Assembly (NCBI GenBank): GCA_030390025.1
Contig: CM059431.1
Span: forward strand, 100,380,001-100,444,000
Length of the DNA: 64,000 bases
Direction: 5' to 3'
From: Squalus acanthias
Lineage: Eukaryota
A program made the position numbers and the translations under genes. The notes below the pieces were generated by a model, which did no database searches, had not been told where the DNA came from, and saw only the letters and a list, made by a program, of their open reading frames with translations. Shown piece after piece: positions 50,939 through 63,302 of this stretch. Each line of letters opens with the position of its first letter. Positions within the stretch are counted from its first letter, which is position 1.

Positions 50939-51077
50939 ACCTGTGCAATATAATATAGTAAAAGTGAGACTACAGGAATCGGTGGGAATAATTTTACACC
51001 CCCCCGACACTAAAACTTAAATTTCAGTGGATGACAATGTGGGTGGAAACAGCCTTTCATCGAGGACAGGAGGTGAC

Positions 51078-51197
51078 CAACGTCCCCCTAAGGTGTGCCG
51101 CGCGGCAGCTCATCACCCGGGAGGTCCCGCGCAGGCCGCTCACAAGCCGTTGCCGCTGGAGGATACCGCGCACGCCGCGAATTTAAAGGGACCATTG
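51078..51197. mobile_element. hAT-type MITE (120 bp)
   Basis: Ends caacgtcccc / gggaccattg; TSD gaggtgac / gcggtgac. Confidence 0.75.
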
Positions 51198-53436
51198 GCG
51201 GTGACAGTATCCCAGCTTAAATTCACTCCACAGTTAAACACTGGCCTGTTCACGGCAAGCTTTCGTCTCTTTGGTATTTCGGTCTGATTCTGTATATATT
51301 TTTTTTTAAAGAAGTGTATTTTGGGGGTTTGACATTCAAATCCTTGCTTGTGTGAACAACTTTATACACAATTCGTTGCTGTTAACTAGGAGAGCCGCTC
51401 TCAGCAATTTAAACCCCTGCTGCGGATTAATTGCATGTTTTAGTCCTCACCGCTGACCTTCCGTGCCCCCTTTTGGGGCCAGTTTTATTCCCTTTTAGGA
51501 AGCAAGATGAGTCAGCCACAGCCAGACAAAAGATTTTATTTTATACTTGAGCAAAGAACGAGAACAATAGTAGCTTTATTTTATTGATTGTTTAAAAAAA
51601 AAACACCACCCCAAATGAATCGAGTTTGCCGTGCTGTGTCCTTAACTGCAGCTTGCTCCAGAGTGGTGAGAATGTGGAACTCGCTCCCACAGGGAGTGGT
51701 TGAGGCGAATAACAGAGACGCATTTATAGGGGTAACTCGATAAACACAAGATCTGTTGATAGGGTGAGATGAAGAGGGGTGGGAGGAGGCTGGTGTGGAG
51801 CAGAAACACCGGCATGGACCAGTTGGGCCGAATGGCCTGTTTCTGTGCTGTACATTTGATGTAATGCAGATGTAGAAGGCTAAGAGGAGATTTGCTAGAG
51901 GTGTTTAATATCATGAAGGGTTTTGATGGAGTAAATAAAGAGAAACTGTTCCCATTGGCGGAAGGGTCGATAACCAGAGGACACAGATTCAAGGTGATTG
52001 GCAAAAGAACCAGAGGCGACATGAGGAAAAACTTTTTTACGCAGCGAGTGGTTAGGATTTGGAATGCACTGCCTGAGAGGGCGGTGGATACAGATTCAAT
52101 TGTAGCCTTTAAAAGGGAATTGGATAAATACTTGAAGGAGAAAAAATTGCAGGGATATGAGGAAAGAGCGGGGGAGTGGGACTAACTGGATCGCTCTTCG
52201 AAAGAGCCGGCGCAGACTCGATGGGCCGAATGGCCTCCTTCTGTGCTGTACTGTTCTATGATTCGATGTAGTTCTTTTTTCAAACTGATGTTAGCACTTA
52301 TTGTGCAACAGTTGGCTGGGTTTGGGGATAATACAATCCCTGATATTGAACATTTTTTCTACATTACCTTTAATGTGCTCGCTTGACCTTTGACGCATGG
52401 ACCCGTCCCCAGCGTGACATCCAGTGCGAGAAAACCAAAACTCGGGGGTTTCGATTGGTCCATGTCAGCTGTCCAGAAATTGGTTAAAAACATCAAACTG
52501 CGTCGACGTGATCTTCCATTTCACGCTGTATATTTCCACACACCCACTTGTGTTGCTGACTTCTATGTATAACTGAAGTATGAGCATTGTATCGGGAACA
52601 CGGCATTCTAGTCTTTGTTCTGCTAGTGTTGGGGGCTGGAAGGTCCGAGCCGGAAGCTCCGAGCCGGAAGCTCAAATAGATGCTAGGATAGTAAAGACAA
52701 CAGCTGAGGAGGGCACAGCTCGGAGGTGCCCAGCTGAGTGGGCTTACAGATCCAGACGGATATTTCTGGACCTTTTCAATGAGAGCTGTGCTGCCCAGAG
52801 GTTTTGCAGAGAGTTCGTCTGAGAACTTAAGAATCAGGAGCAGGAGTTGGCCATACGGCCCCTCGAACCTGCTCCGCCATTCAATAAGACCTTGGCTGAT
52901 CTTCGACCTCAACTCCACTTTCCTGCCTGATCTCCATATCCCTCGATTCCCCTAGAGTCCAAAAATCTATCTATCTCAGCCTTGAATATGCTCAATGACT
53001 CAGCATTCACAGCCCTCTGGGGCAGAGAATTCCAAAGATTCACAACCCTCTGAGTGAAGAAATTCCTCCTCATCTCAGTCCTGAATGGCCGACCCCTTAT
53101 CCTGAGACTATGACCCCTAGTTCTAGACTCTCCAGCCAGGGGGAAACAACCTCCCAGCATCTCCCCTGTCAATCCCCTTCAGAATCTTGTATGTTTCAAT
53201 GAGATCACCTCTCATTCTTCTAAACTCCAGAGAGTATAGGCTCATTCTACACAATCTCTCATCATAGGACAGCCCTCTCATCCCAGGAATCAATCTAGTG
53301 AACCTTCGTTGCACCACCTCCAACGCAAGTATATCCTTCCTTAGATAAGGAGACCAAAACTGTGCACAGTACTCCAGAAGATGACCTCAAGCTACGGTCC
53401 ACATCACTGGCAGTGCCAATTAAACTCTCAATTTCT

Positions 53437-54761
53437 CTTCTTCTTAGGCAGTCCCTCGGAACCGAGGATGACTTGCTTCCACATTAAAAATGAGTTCGCA
53501 GGTGACTGATGAGTCCAATGCGGGACCTACAGTCTCTGTCACAGGTGGGGCATATGCTGGTTGAAGGGGCGGGTGGGTGGGTGGGGTGCTTGGGTTGACG
53601 TGCGCTCCTTGCGCTTGGCTTCCGCTTGCTCCCGGCGAAGAGACGCGAGGTGTTTGGTGCCTTCCCGGATGCTTCTCCTCCACTTTGTGCAGTCTTGGGC
53701 CAGGGATTCCCAGGTGTCAGTGGGGATGTTGCACTTTTTCAAGGAGGCTTTGAGGGTGTCCTTGAAGCGTTTCCTCTGCCCACCTGGGGCTCTCTTGCCG
53801 TGTCAGAGCTCCGAGTAGAGCGCTTGTTTTGGGAGTCTCGTATCGGGCATGCAGACGATGTGACCCGTCCATCGGAGCTGATCGAGCGTGGTCAAAGCTT
53901 CGATGTTGGGGATGTTGGCCTGAGCGAGAACACTGATGTTGCTGCGCCTATCCTGCCAATGGATTTGCAGGATCTTGCGGAGGCAGCGTTGGTGGTACCT
54001 CTCCAGCGCTTTGAGGTGCCTGCTGTACACGGTCCATGTCTCTGAGGCATACAGCAGGCCGGGTATCACTGCTGCTCTGTAGACCATGAGTTTAGTGCCG
54101 GGTTTGAGGTCCTGGTCTTCAAACACTCTCTTCCTCAGGCGACCGAAGGCTGCACTAGCCCACTGAAGGCGGTGTTGGACTTTGTCATCGACGTCTGCCC
54201 TTATTGACAATAGGCTCCCAAGGTATGGAAAGTGGTCCACGTTGTCCAAGGCCTTGTCGTGGATTTTGATAATCGGGGGGCAGTACTGTGTGGCGGGGGC
54301 AGGTTGGTAGAGGACCTTTGTCTTACGGATGTTTAGTGTAAGGCCCATGCTCTCGTACGCTTCGGTGAAGGTGTTGATGATGGTTCGGAGTTCGACCTCC
54401 GAGTGTGCGCAGACGCAAGCGTCGTCTGCATACTGTAATTCGACGACAGAGGATGGGACGACCTTGGATCTGGACTGGAGGCGACGGAGGTTGAACAGCT
54501 TCCCGTTTGTTCTGTAAATTAGCGCCACTCCAGTTGGGAGCTTACTGAGGGTGAGATGGAGCATTGCAGCCAGGAAGATCGAGAAGAGCGTTGGTGCGAT
54601 GACACAGCCTTGCTTGACCCCGGTCCGTACGTGAATTGGGTCTGTGGTGGAACCGTTGGTCAGGATCACGGCTTGCATGTCGTCGTCAAGCAGGCAGAGG
54701 ATGGTGACAAACTTTTGAGGGCAGCTGAATTTGAGGAGGACACTCCATAATCCCTCACGGA
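53437..54761 (-). mobile_element. RTE-clade LINE, 5'-truncated
   Basis: ORF 53803-54678 has GVKQGCVIAPTLF, QYADD, FPYLGS, LLYASETW. (aag)n tail and 10-bp TSD ctcaatttct (53427-53436 / 54762-54771). Confidence 0.9.
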
Positions 54762-54779
54762 CTCAATTTCTACACAATT

Positions 54780-56540
54780 ATAGAGAGACTGGAGAAGCTA
54801 GGTTTGTTCTCCTTAGAGCAGAGAAGGTTAAGGTGAGATTTGATAGAGGTGTTCAAAATCATGAAGGGTTTTGATAGAGTAAATAAGGAGAAACTGTTTC
54901 CAGTGTCAGGAGGGTCGGTAACCAGAGGACACAGATTTAAGGTAATTGCTAAAAAAAAGAGACGAGATGAGGCAAATTTTTTTTATGCAGCGAGTTGTTG
55001 TGATCTGGAACGCGCTGCCTGAAAGGGCGGTGGAAGCAGATTCAATAGTGACTTTCAAAAGGGAATTGGATAAATACTTGAAGGGGAGAAATTTGCAGGG
55101 CTGTGGGGAAGAAAGAGCAGGGGGAGTGGGACTAATTGGAGAGCTCTTTCACAGAGCCGGCACAGGCACGATGGGCCGAATGGCCTCCTTCTGTGCTGTA
55201 CGATTCTAATTGTGGGGTTTCAGGCAGCTACCAGTGATGATGCATGCTTTAGTCAGTGGGCAGTACCTCCACCAGGACAGGGCAAATCAATACATCATCG
55301 TGTTTGACAAATCTATTTTTTGAGGTTGTAACTAGCAGGGTAGATAAGGGGGAACCAGTGGGTGTGGTGTATTTCGATTTTCAAAAACATTCGATAAGTT
55401 GCCACACAAGAGGTTATTACACAAAATTAGAGCTCATGGGATTGGGGGTAATATATTAGCATGGATTGAGGATTGGTTAACAGACAGAAAACAGAGAGTA
55501 GGAATAAACGGGTCATTTCGGGTTGGCAGACTGTAACTAGTGGGGTACCGCAAGGATCAGTGCTTGGGCCTCAGCTATTCACAATCTATATTAATGACTT
55601 AGATGAGTGGACTGAGTGTAATGTATCAAGTTTGCTGACGATACAAAGTTAGGTGGAAAAGAAAGCTGTGAGGAGGACGCAAAGAATCTGCAAAGGGATA
55701 TAGACAGGCTAAGTAAGTGAGCAAGAACATGGCAAATGAAATATAATGTGGAGAAATGAGAAGTTATCCACTTTGGTAGGAAAAATAGAAAAGCAGAATA
55801 TTTTTTAAATGGTGAGAGATTGGGAAATGTTGGTGTTCAGAGGGACCTGGGTGACCTTGTACACGAATCACAGAAAGTTAACATGCAGGTACAGCAAGCA
55901 AATAGGAAAGCAAATGGTATGTTGGCCTTTATTACAAGAGGATTTGAGTATAAGAGTAAAGACGTCTTACTGCAATTATATAGGGCCCTGGTGAGACCAC
56001 ACCACATAGGTACAGCAAGTAATTAGGAAGGCAATTGGAATGTTGGCCTTTATTGCAAGGGGGATGGAGTATAAAAGTAGGGAAGTCTTGCTACAACTGT
56101 ACAGGGCGTTGGTGAGACCACACCTGGAGTACTGCGTACCGTTTTGGTCTCCTTATTTAAGGAGGGATATACCTGCATTGGAGGCAGTTCAGAGAAGGTT
56201 CACTAGGTTGATTCCTGAGTTGAAGGGGTTGTCTTATGAAGAAAGGTTGAGCAGGTTGGGCCTATACTCATTGGAGTTTTGAAGAATGAGGGGATGATCT
56301 TATTGAAACATATAAGATTCTGAAGGGGCTTGACAGGGTAGATGCAGAGAGGAGGTTTCCCTTCATGGGGGAATCTAGAACTAGGGGGCATAGTTTCAGA
56401 ATAAGGGGTCGCCCATTTAAAACGGAGATGAGGAGGAATTTCTTCTCTCAGAGGGTCGTGAATCTTTGGAATTCTCTAGCCCAGAGAACTGTGGAGGCGG
56501 AATCATTGAATATATTTAAGGCTGAGATAGACAGATTGCA
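54780..56540 (+). mobile_element. CR1 fragments (54780-55210; 55295-56540 RT plus C-terminus)
   Basis: [14 protein letters not shown] and LVRPHLEY motifs with stops. Confidence 0.85.
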
Positions 56541-57511
56541 GATTCTCAAAGTCCAGGCTTATTGCACATGAAGAATAGCCACTTGTATGAACTGTACCCC
56601 AGCAAAGAGTAATGCATTGAGAGGAAAAATTGCTGATGAAACCTTCACTGCAGTCAGAGGCTGGTAAAGTGCATTCTCACTAGTGTCAGCTGTGGCTCAG
56701 TGGGTAGCACTCTCGGAGTCAGAAAGTTGTGGGTTCGAGTCCCACTCCAGGAGACTTGAGCACATAATCTAGGCTGACACTCCCAGTGCAGTACTGAGGG
56801 AGTGCCGACTTTCAGGCAAGATGTTAAACCGTGGTCCCATCTGCCCTCTCGGATGAACGTAAAAGATCCCACGGCCACTATTTTGAAGAGGAGCAGGGGA
56901 GGTCTCCCGGTGTCCTGGCCGATATTTATCCTTCAACTAACCACGAAAAAAATATTAAAATCTGGTCATTATCATTGCTGTTTGTGGGAGCTTGCTGTGC
57001 GCAAATTAGCTGCTGCGTTTCCTACATTATAACAGTGACTACACTTCAAAAAAAGTACTTCATTGGCTGTAAAGCGCTTTGGGACTTCGAGGGTGTGAAA
57101 GGCGCTGGAGAAATGCAAGTCCTTTCTTGTCACGAGTGTGGTAAATTTTCATCTTTACTGCAATGGGCCATACTCTGACTGACTATTCTAGAACCCGGTC
57201 GATTTTCATTCCTTGAAGTCTACGAGCATTTACCCTTCCCCGTGTATTTCAGTAATGCTTGGTGCAATATAACTGAGCATTGGTTTTATCCCGTGGTATT
57301 CTATTCCTTTCCTGGTCTGTTCTACCGTTCTGTTAAATGTATCTAAATAAGCAATTGTGATCGAGGGGAATTGTGTGATTATAGCCAGGAAATTGCTGCT
57401 GTCATTATTTGTGGACACTTGCTCAATATGTGTACGCATCGACAGCCTTTTCTCTTTTAACAGCATTGCTAACTTTAAAGAAAACAGGTGAACCTCACTC
57501 ACTAATTTCTA

Positions 57512-57807
57512 TGATGCGGAGATGTGTTGGACTGGGGTGGACAAATGTGAGAAGTCGCACAACACCAGGTTATAGTCCAACAGGTTTATTTGAAATCACA
57601 AGCTTTCGGAGCGGCTGCTCCTTCATCAGGTGAAGTGAAGAGATGCATATAGGCACAGCATATATAGTCAGAGAACATGTTCTCTGTCTATATATGCTGT
57701 GCCTATATGCATCTCTTCACTTCACCTGACGAAGGAGCAGCGCTCCGAAAGCTTGTGATTTCAAATAAAGCTGTTGGACTATAACCTGGTGTTGTGCGAC
57801 TTCTCAC
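57512..57807. mobile_element. Penelope-like family B palindromic insertion
   Basis: Loopless palindrome 57547-57807 centred on aaca|tgtt (57677/57678). Flanking direct repeat ctcactaatttcta (57498-57511 / 57803-57816). Confidence 0.75.
57722..57758 (+). ncRNA. Minimal type I hammerhead ribozyme motif
   Basis: UCAC CUGACGA A GGAGC AGC GCUCC GAAA GC UU^ GUGA. Helix I UCAC/GUGA, helix II GGAGC/GCUCC, palindromic AGCU helix III. Confidence 0.65.
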
Positions 57808-57903
57808 TAATTTCTAAGCGTATGTTTTCAAATGCTCCTGTTGTTCCCCCACACCCCCCGCCCTGTTTTAACCAGCATGGTTTTTGTACTTCCTGTAGGC
57901 AGC

Positions 57904-58377
57904 ATGACCAATGTGTTTGTATATGGCACCCTCAAGAAAGGCCAACCCAACCACCATTACATGATCGATGGAACCAAGGGGAAGGGAAAGTACTGTGGCA
58001 AGGGTTGCACGGATGAGAAGTACCCACTGGTGATTGCAGGGAAATATAACATTCCCTTTTTGCTCAACGTGCCAGGAATGGGACAGGAAATCGCCGGAGA
58101 GATTTATTTAGTCGATGACCAACTGCTACAGTTCCTCGATGAGTTTGAGAGTTGTCCAGAAGTTTACCAGCGCAGACCTGTGGGGGTCCGCCTACTGGAG
58201 TGGGAAGATAAAGATGACACGCTGGGAGTGAAGCCAGGCGCTGACGGAATGCTAACGTGCTTTTTGTACAGCACAAATACCTATGATCAAGACTGGTTAA
58301 AACTTCCTTACTATAACAATTATGATCCCTTTGGGATGCGCGGGCAGGCAAAGTACGTCCTACGTGAGAGTAGGTAA
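57904..58377 (+). CDS. GGACT: Gamma-glutamylaminecyclotransferase (A2LD1), 157 aa core in a single exon
   Basis: MTNVFVYGTLKKGQPNH...YPLVIAGKYNIPFLL...GEIY...LDEFESCPEVYQR. Has the YGTL GGCT-fold motif and the conserved FES glutamate. Splice acceptors at 57874-57875 and 57897-57898. Sits between TMTC4 and PCCA, as in other vertebrates. Confidence 0.96.
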   Translation: MTNVFVYGTLKKGQPNHHYMIDGTKGKGKYCGKGCTDEKYPLVIAGKYNIPFLLNVPGMGQEIAGEIYLVDDQLLQFLDEFESCPEVYQRRPVGVRLLEWEDKDDTLGVKPGADGMLTCFLYSTNTYDQDWLKLPYYNNYDPFGMRGQAKYVLRESR

Positions 58378-60325
58378 TTTATCAACTTTCACATCCGAAG
58401 AGCGAATTAAATGCCATCAAATAGTTGGAGACTTGAAGCTCACTTGTTGTGGCAAGCAATCAAAATTCTAACAGGTCATCTTTGAAACAATCTACATGTT
58501 AATTTTGTTTTAATTATTTCTTAGTTCATTAAATTTGATTCCAATACTTACTTGTGGCATTGTATTTTTGGTCATTTGCTGCATTAAGCAAAAGACAAAT
58601 CACAAATTATACAGTTAGATTGGTTGTATTTCTGTACATTACTCAAAGCAGGCCCATCATCAGCAAATTGGATTATTTAAACGCAGTGAACTTTGTTGTG
58701 ATATTGGAGTCTTTCCTGTGCACACCTCCATTTTAGTCACATACGTCTTAGCTTTTTAAGTTGACATGTCTATGATTCAACTAAGGGATTGGCAGTGTCA
58801 GCCGCGTCTCAGTGGGCAGCACTCTCGCCTCTGAGTCAGAAGGTTGTGGGTTCGAGTCCCGCTCCAGAGACTTGAGCACAAAATCTAGGCTGACACTCCC
58901 AGCGCAGTGCTGACGGAGTGCCGCACTGTCGGAGGTGCTGTTTATCGGATGAGACGTTAAACCGAGGCCCCGTCCGCGCTCTCAGGGACATTAAAGATCC
59001 CATGGCCACTATTTCGAAGAGGAGCAGGGGAGTTTTATCCCCGGTGTCCTGGCCAATATTTATCCCTTATTATCTGATCATTGGCTGTAAAGCGCTTTGG
59101 GACGTCCGGAGGTTGTGAAAGGCGCTGTATAAATGCAAGTCTTGCTTTCATTACTGACTGATCAGATCGGTTGTAGGTGGAACATGAAAGGTGTCAGAAC
59201 CATTCAGAGTCCGGCAAGGAAGGCTGTTACGAAGAATCAATCAACATTACTTCCTCTGACTGTTGGTCGCACACTAACTAGAGGCAGTTTGGTGTCTTAA
59301 AGAGGAGAATTCTCTTCCCAGGGTGGTTCCACCTGCTTTTTAAGGTAAGAAAGAAGATCCCTGGCGTGAATCTGTTAAACTGGCTGTATTTCAGCACTCC
59401 TGTCACTACTTGTGAAAATGCCAGGGTTTGAGAATATAATGGGGGAGTAGGGCTGCAGCAATGATGTGGTTTTATAAACTGCGCAGACTCCCACATTTAG
59501 CACTCTACTGCAGTGAATTACTGTGATCCATGATGCAGATATATTCTTCCAACTTGGTCCGAAGGTTCTGTTTTGTGAAACTGACATACCCTTAGCGCTT
59601 TACAAGCTCTGGATATAGGGACACAGGCTATACGGAGCCACTTTTCTCATGAATTTACTAGCTGCAGGAGTCAGACTCCACAGTTTCAATTGTTCCCTTT
59701 CTGGGCCAGAGAGGTTGAGTTTCACATCAGGACCATAAACCACGTCATTAAAGGGGTTCCTTACGACATGAAATACCCGCCCTAAATATCTGCGCCGGGA
59801 TTCATTCGTATTTACGGCGCAAATCCAGCAATTTCTTGAAACTGGTGGGGAGGTTGAGGGCGCGCTCCCGTTTTCGCGAAGCTAACGGAAAATGGTCCGG
59901 CAGCTCGTGCCGATTCGCAACTCACGGGGAATCTCCTCCTCGCCACAGGTTGCTGGGTTATTTATGCATTAATAATAGCGAGCGCCGTTAAACGCACCGT
60001 TATTTGTCCAGCAATTTCAGGGCCAATAATTTCTTGTGTGGGGGGGGGAAGGAATTCCCTTAAGTTTCCCTCTTCCCCCCGCAAAGAAATAAATCTCACC
60101 TTCAATGAATTCTAAATCCACCACTGCTACTGATTATGCACGTCAGGTTTTGTCCTCTACATTAAAAATGGTCAGTTCTTGCGTCTATCTGCAGCTCAAG
60201 TTAAGATGAACCACATCTCAATGTACTTTCAGTCTAACTCCCCGTCTTCATGCCCCATAAGCCCATGTTTAGGGCTGGTTTGGTGCTCTGGCAGCAGCTT
60301 TTCCCAGTGCTTTAGTTTGGGAGGG

Positions 60326-60364
<39 letters not shown>

Positions 60365-61923
60365 GTCAGCAGAAAAGCTCAAAATCTCCAGAAGACAAAC
60401 ACTTCACATGAAGAACTAGTTAAAGTGAGTTTGCAGTATGTTCCAAAATGCAGATCAAAATGACAGCATTCAATGTTAGAGATAGTGTCGGCCGTGGCTC
60501 AGTGGGTAGCACACTCGCCTCCGAGTCAGAAGGTTGTGGGTTCAAGTCCCACTCCCAGAGACTTGAGCACATAAAGCTAGGCTGACACTCCCAGTGCCAG
60601 TACTGAGGGAGCACTGCACTGTCGTCTTTCAGATGAGATGTTAAACCGAGGCCCCGTCTGCTCTCTCAGGTGATCGTAAAAGATCCCATGGCACTATTTT
60701 GAAGAGCAGGGGAGTTCTCCCCGGTATCCTGGCCAATAATTATCCCTCAATCAGCATCTAAAACAGATTATCTGGTCATTATCACATTGCTGTTTATGGG
60801 AGCTTGCTGTCCGCAAATTGGCTGCTGCGTTTCCTACATTACAACAGTGACTACACTTCAAAAAGTACTTCATTGGCTGTAAAGTGCTTTAGGACATCTG
60901 GTGGTCGTGAAAGGCGCGATATAAATGCAAGTCTTTCTTTTAGATGATATTAATAATCAATCTTAGGTTTTAATCAAATAAAGCATTAGTAAGTTTTAAT
61001 AACGCCTCCCTTGTGACTGAGGTAGAACAGTTGAGTGCATGTTTTGGAGCGCTTGCTGTTCACTGGAAAGGACTGTCTCTGGACCACTTTCTGTGGCCAA
61101 TTCTCAAACTAGAATCGCACAGCACAGGAGGAGGCCATTCGGCCCATCGTGCCTGTGCCGGCTCTTTGAAAGAGCTCTCCAATTAGTCCCACTCCCCCCT
61201 GCTCTTTCCCCAGAGCCCTGCAATTTTTTTCTTTTCCAGTATTTATCCAATTCCCTTTTGAAAGTTACTATTGAATCTGCTTCCACCGCCCTTTCAGGCA
61301 GCGCATTCCAGATCACAACAACTCACTGCATAAAAACATTCTCCTCATCTCCCCTTTGCCAATTACCTTAAATCTGTGTCCTCTGGTTACCGACCCTCCT
61401 GTCAGTGGAAACTTGAATATGCTTCACCAACTATTGAAACAACATACAATAGCCAACGCTTTTCCCCCCCCAATTAGGTGCAAGAAAAAACATAAATGCT
61501 GATATTTGAAAAGCATTTTACTTATTTTCTTGGAAAAACATGAATGGCTCAATCTGAGGAAGTGGTAGATGTGACTGTAAAATGTCCATTAACTCTTCCG
61601 TGAAACTGATCATGATGTTCCTCCTCAACCGTTTAAGGACAAATGTGTTGATTAACAGCTCTGTGCGACTTTACATTTGCACATCAGCGAGCTGGGGAAG
61701 CGCTTCAAAATTCTGTAACGCTATCAGTTCTACGTCACATAAAATAGTTGAATTTGTTCCTATTTTGTAACAGACAATAAATATTACTGAAGTAATAACA
61801 AAACGAAAGAAATAATCCATGAAGGAATGTCTGCTGGAGTTTTAGGTCGAGAAGTTACGATCAAAAAATCTGGAGACATGATGCGAAGTAAAGCTTCTAA
61901 AATGCTGCTCTGTAGAAGGCACA

Positions 61924-61992
61924 TCACTCAAATTCAATAAGAATATCTCCTTCTCCAACAGTGTCCCCTGGCTTGTAGTGCACCTTCTTTAC
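61924..61992 (-). CDS. PCCA: PCCA terminal coding exon
   Basis: Minus strand: tttag|VKKVHYKPGDTVGEGDILIEFE*, matching the propionyl-CoA carboxylase alpha C-terminus. Confidence 0.95.
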   Translation of the reverse strand, partial: VKKVHYKPGDTVGEGDILIEFE

Positions 61993-62794
61993 CTAAACAA
62001 ACAAAGAGAGTCAAGAGGGGTAGACATGTTTACAGTTGTACACAGGTAACACTCCCATCAACAATCGAAACAATGCTCTTGCCTACAAACAGTGAGGAGC
62101 AAACACATTTACGCAACAGGGTAATGCAGCGTACCATTGTTTTTTCCAGTACCAGATCATCCACTCACCGTTCAGTTTAAAGTTTAATAAATATTAATAC
62201 TTAGTAATTTAATCGCTCCTGCCCTCCAGTCTAACCACCCTTTTTGTCCCTGGTTCTGCACTTGCTTAAAAACTGATAAATCTCTAACTTCTTCACCTGA
62301 AACCTTAACTCTGTTTCTCTCTCTACAGATGCTGCCTGACCTGCTGAGTATTTCCAGCATTTTCTGTTTTTATTTCAGATTTCCAGCCTCCGCAGTATCT
62401 TGCTTTCGTTTTCAGAGTCATTGTAATCTGGTTAGAATTCAACTTGGTTTCCAATCTACATTTCTCCTCATCTTAAGCTGCTTTTGAATTTTCAGTATTT
62501 TAATTACACCACCCGTTAAGATGGGAGGGAGGGAGGAACATATTCAAGGTGCATTTTGTTCAGATACAGTGAACTCAAAATGCAGCTTGCGGTGGGGGAG
62601 GGGGGCGGTAAAGTACTACCAGAAAGGTTACGACACAAGGCAAAACTAGTGCAACTTTTAGAAATTGTACTTTTCAATAATATGATCTGGCTCATACATC
62701 TGATGAGCATTTTTATTTAAAATTTTAAAAAAGTTACATTTTACTTTCTTCTGCCTCAAACAAGAATAGTTAATTACATGCCACTTGTGAGCAG

Positions 62795-62950
62795 CAATGT
62801 TCCCGCTAAGCCACGCGGCGGTCCGGAGGACCCGCGCAGGCCGCTCACCGGCTTTTCAATGGAAGAAACCGCGCACACACAAAAATTTGAATGGGCCGCG
62901 CAACCAGTTAAAGGGACCGTGCGACCAAAAAAAATATAGAGGAAGCATTG
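62795..62950. mobile_element. hAT-type MITE in the last PCCA intron
   Basis: caatgttccc / ggaagcattg; TSD gtgagcag / gtgagcaa. Confidence 0.8.
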
Positions 62951-63224
62951 GTGAGCAAGACTTTTGTTTTAAGTTCAAGGTTGGACCATAATATTCACTC
63001 AAAATAGATGCACCTAATGATGGTCGTCATGTCTTTCTAAACAGTCTCCCATTCAAAGCAACACATCAACCTTTAACTGAAAGATTCATGTTTGTAGATA
63101 GCAGTAATTAGAGTAAGAGGTATCTATATTCATTTCTCCAACTGCCCCCCACCCCCCCCAAAAAAATCATTGATTTCTATCGTTTTAATAAGTAAAAGTT
63201 TACAATCAGCGCCAGTAAACCTAC

Positions 63225-63302
63225 CTTTCCAGATTTCGCTGCAGTCAAACTGTTCTGCATTTTCATCGCTTCGATTACACAGACCTCCTGACTTTCTGAA
63301 AC
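63225..63302 (-). CDS. PCCA: PCCA penultimate exon (biotinyl domain)
   Basis: Minus strand: cag|VSESQEVCVIEAMKMQNSLTAAKSGK|gtag. Contains the EAMKM biotin-attachment motif; 78 nt. Confidence 0.95.

Noticed and set aside
57832..57903. ORF-track start giving a 181-aa GGACT
   Set aside because: ATG 57832 lies in the intronic pyrimidine-rich region upstream of both acceptors. Homology begins at ATG 57904.
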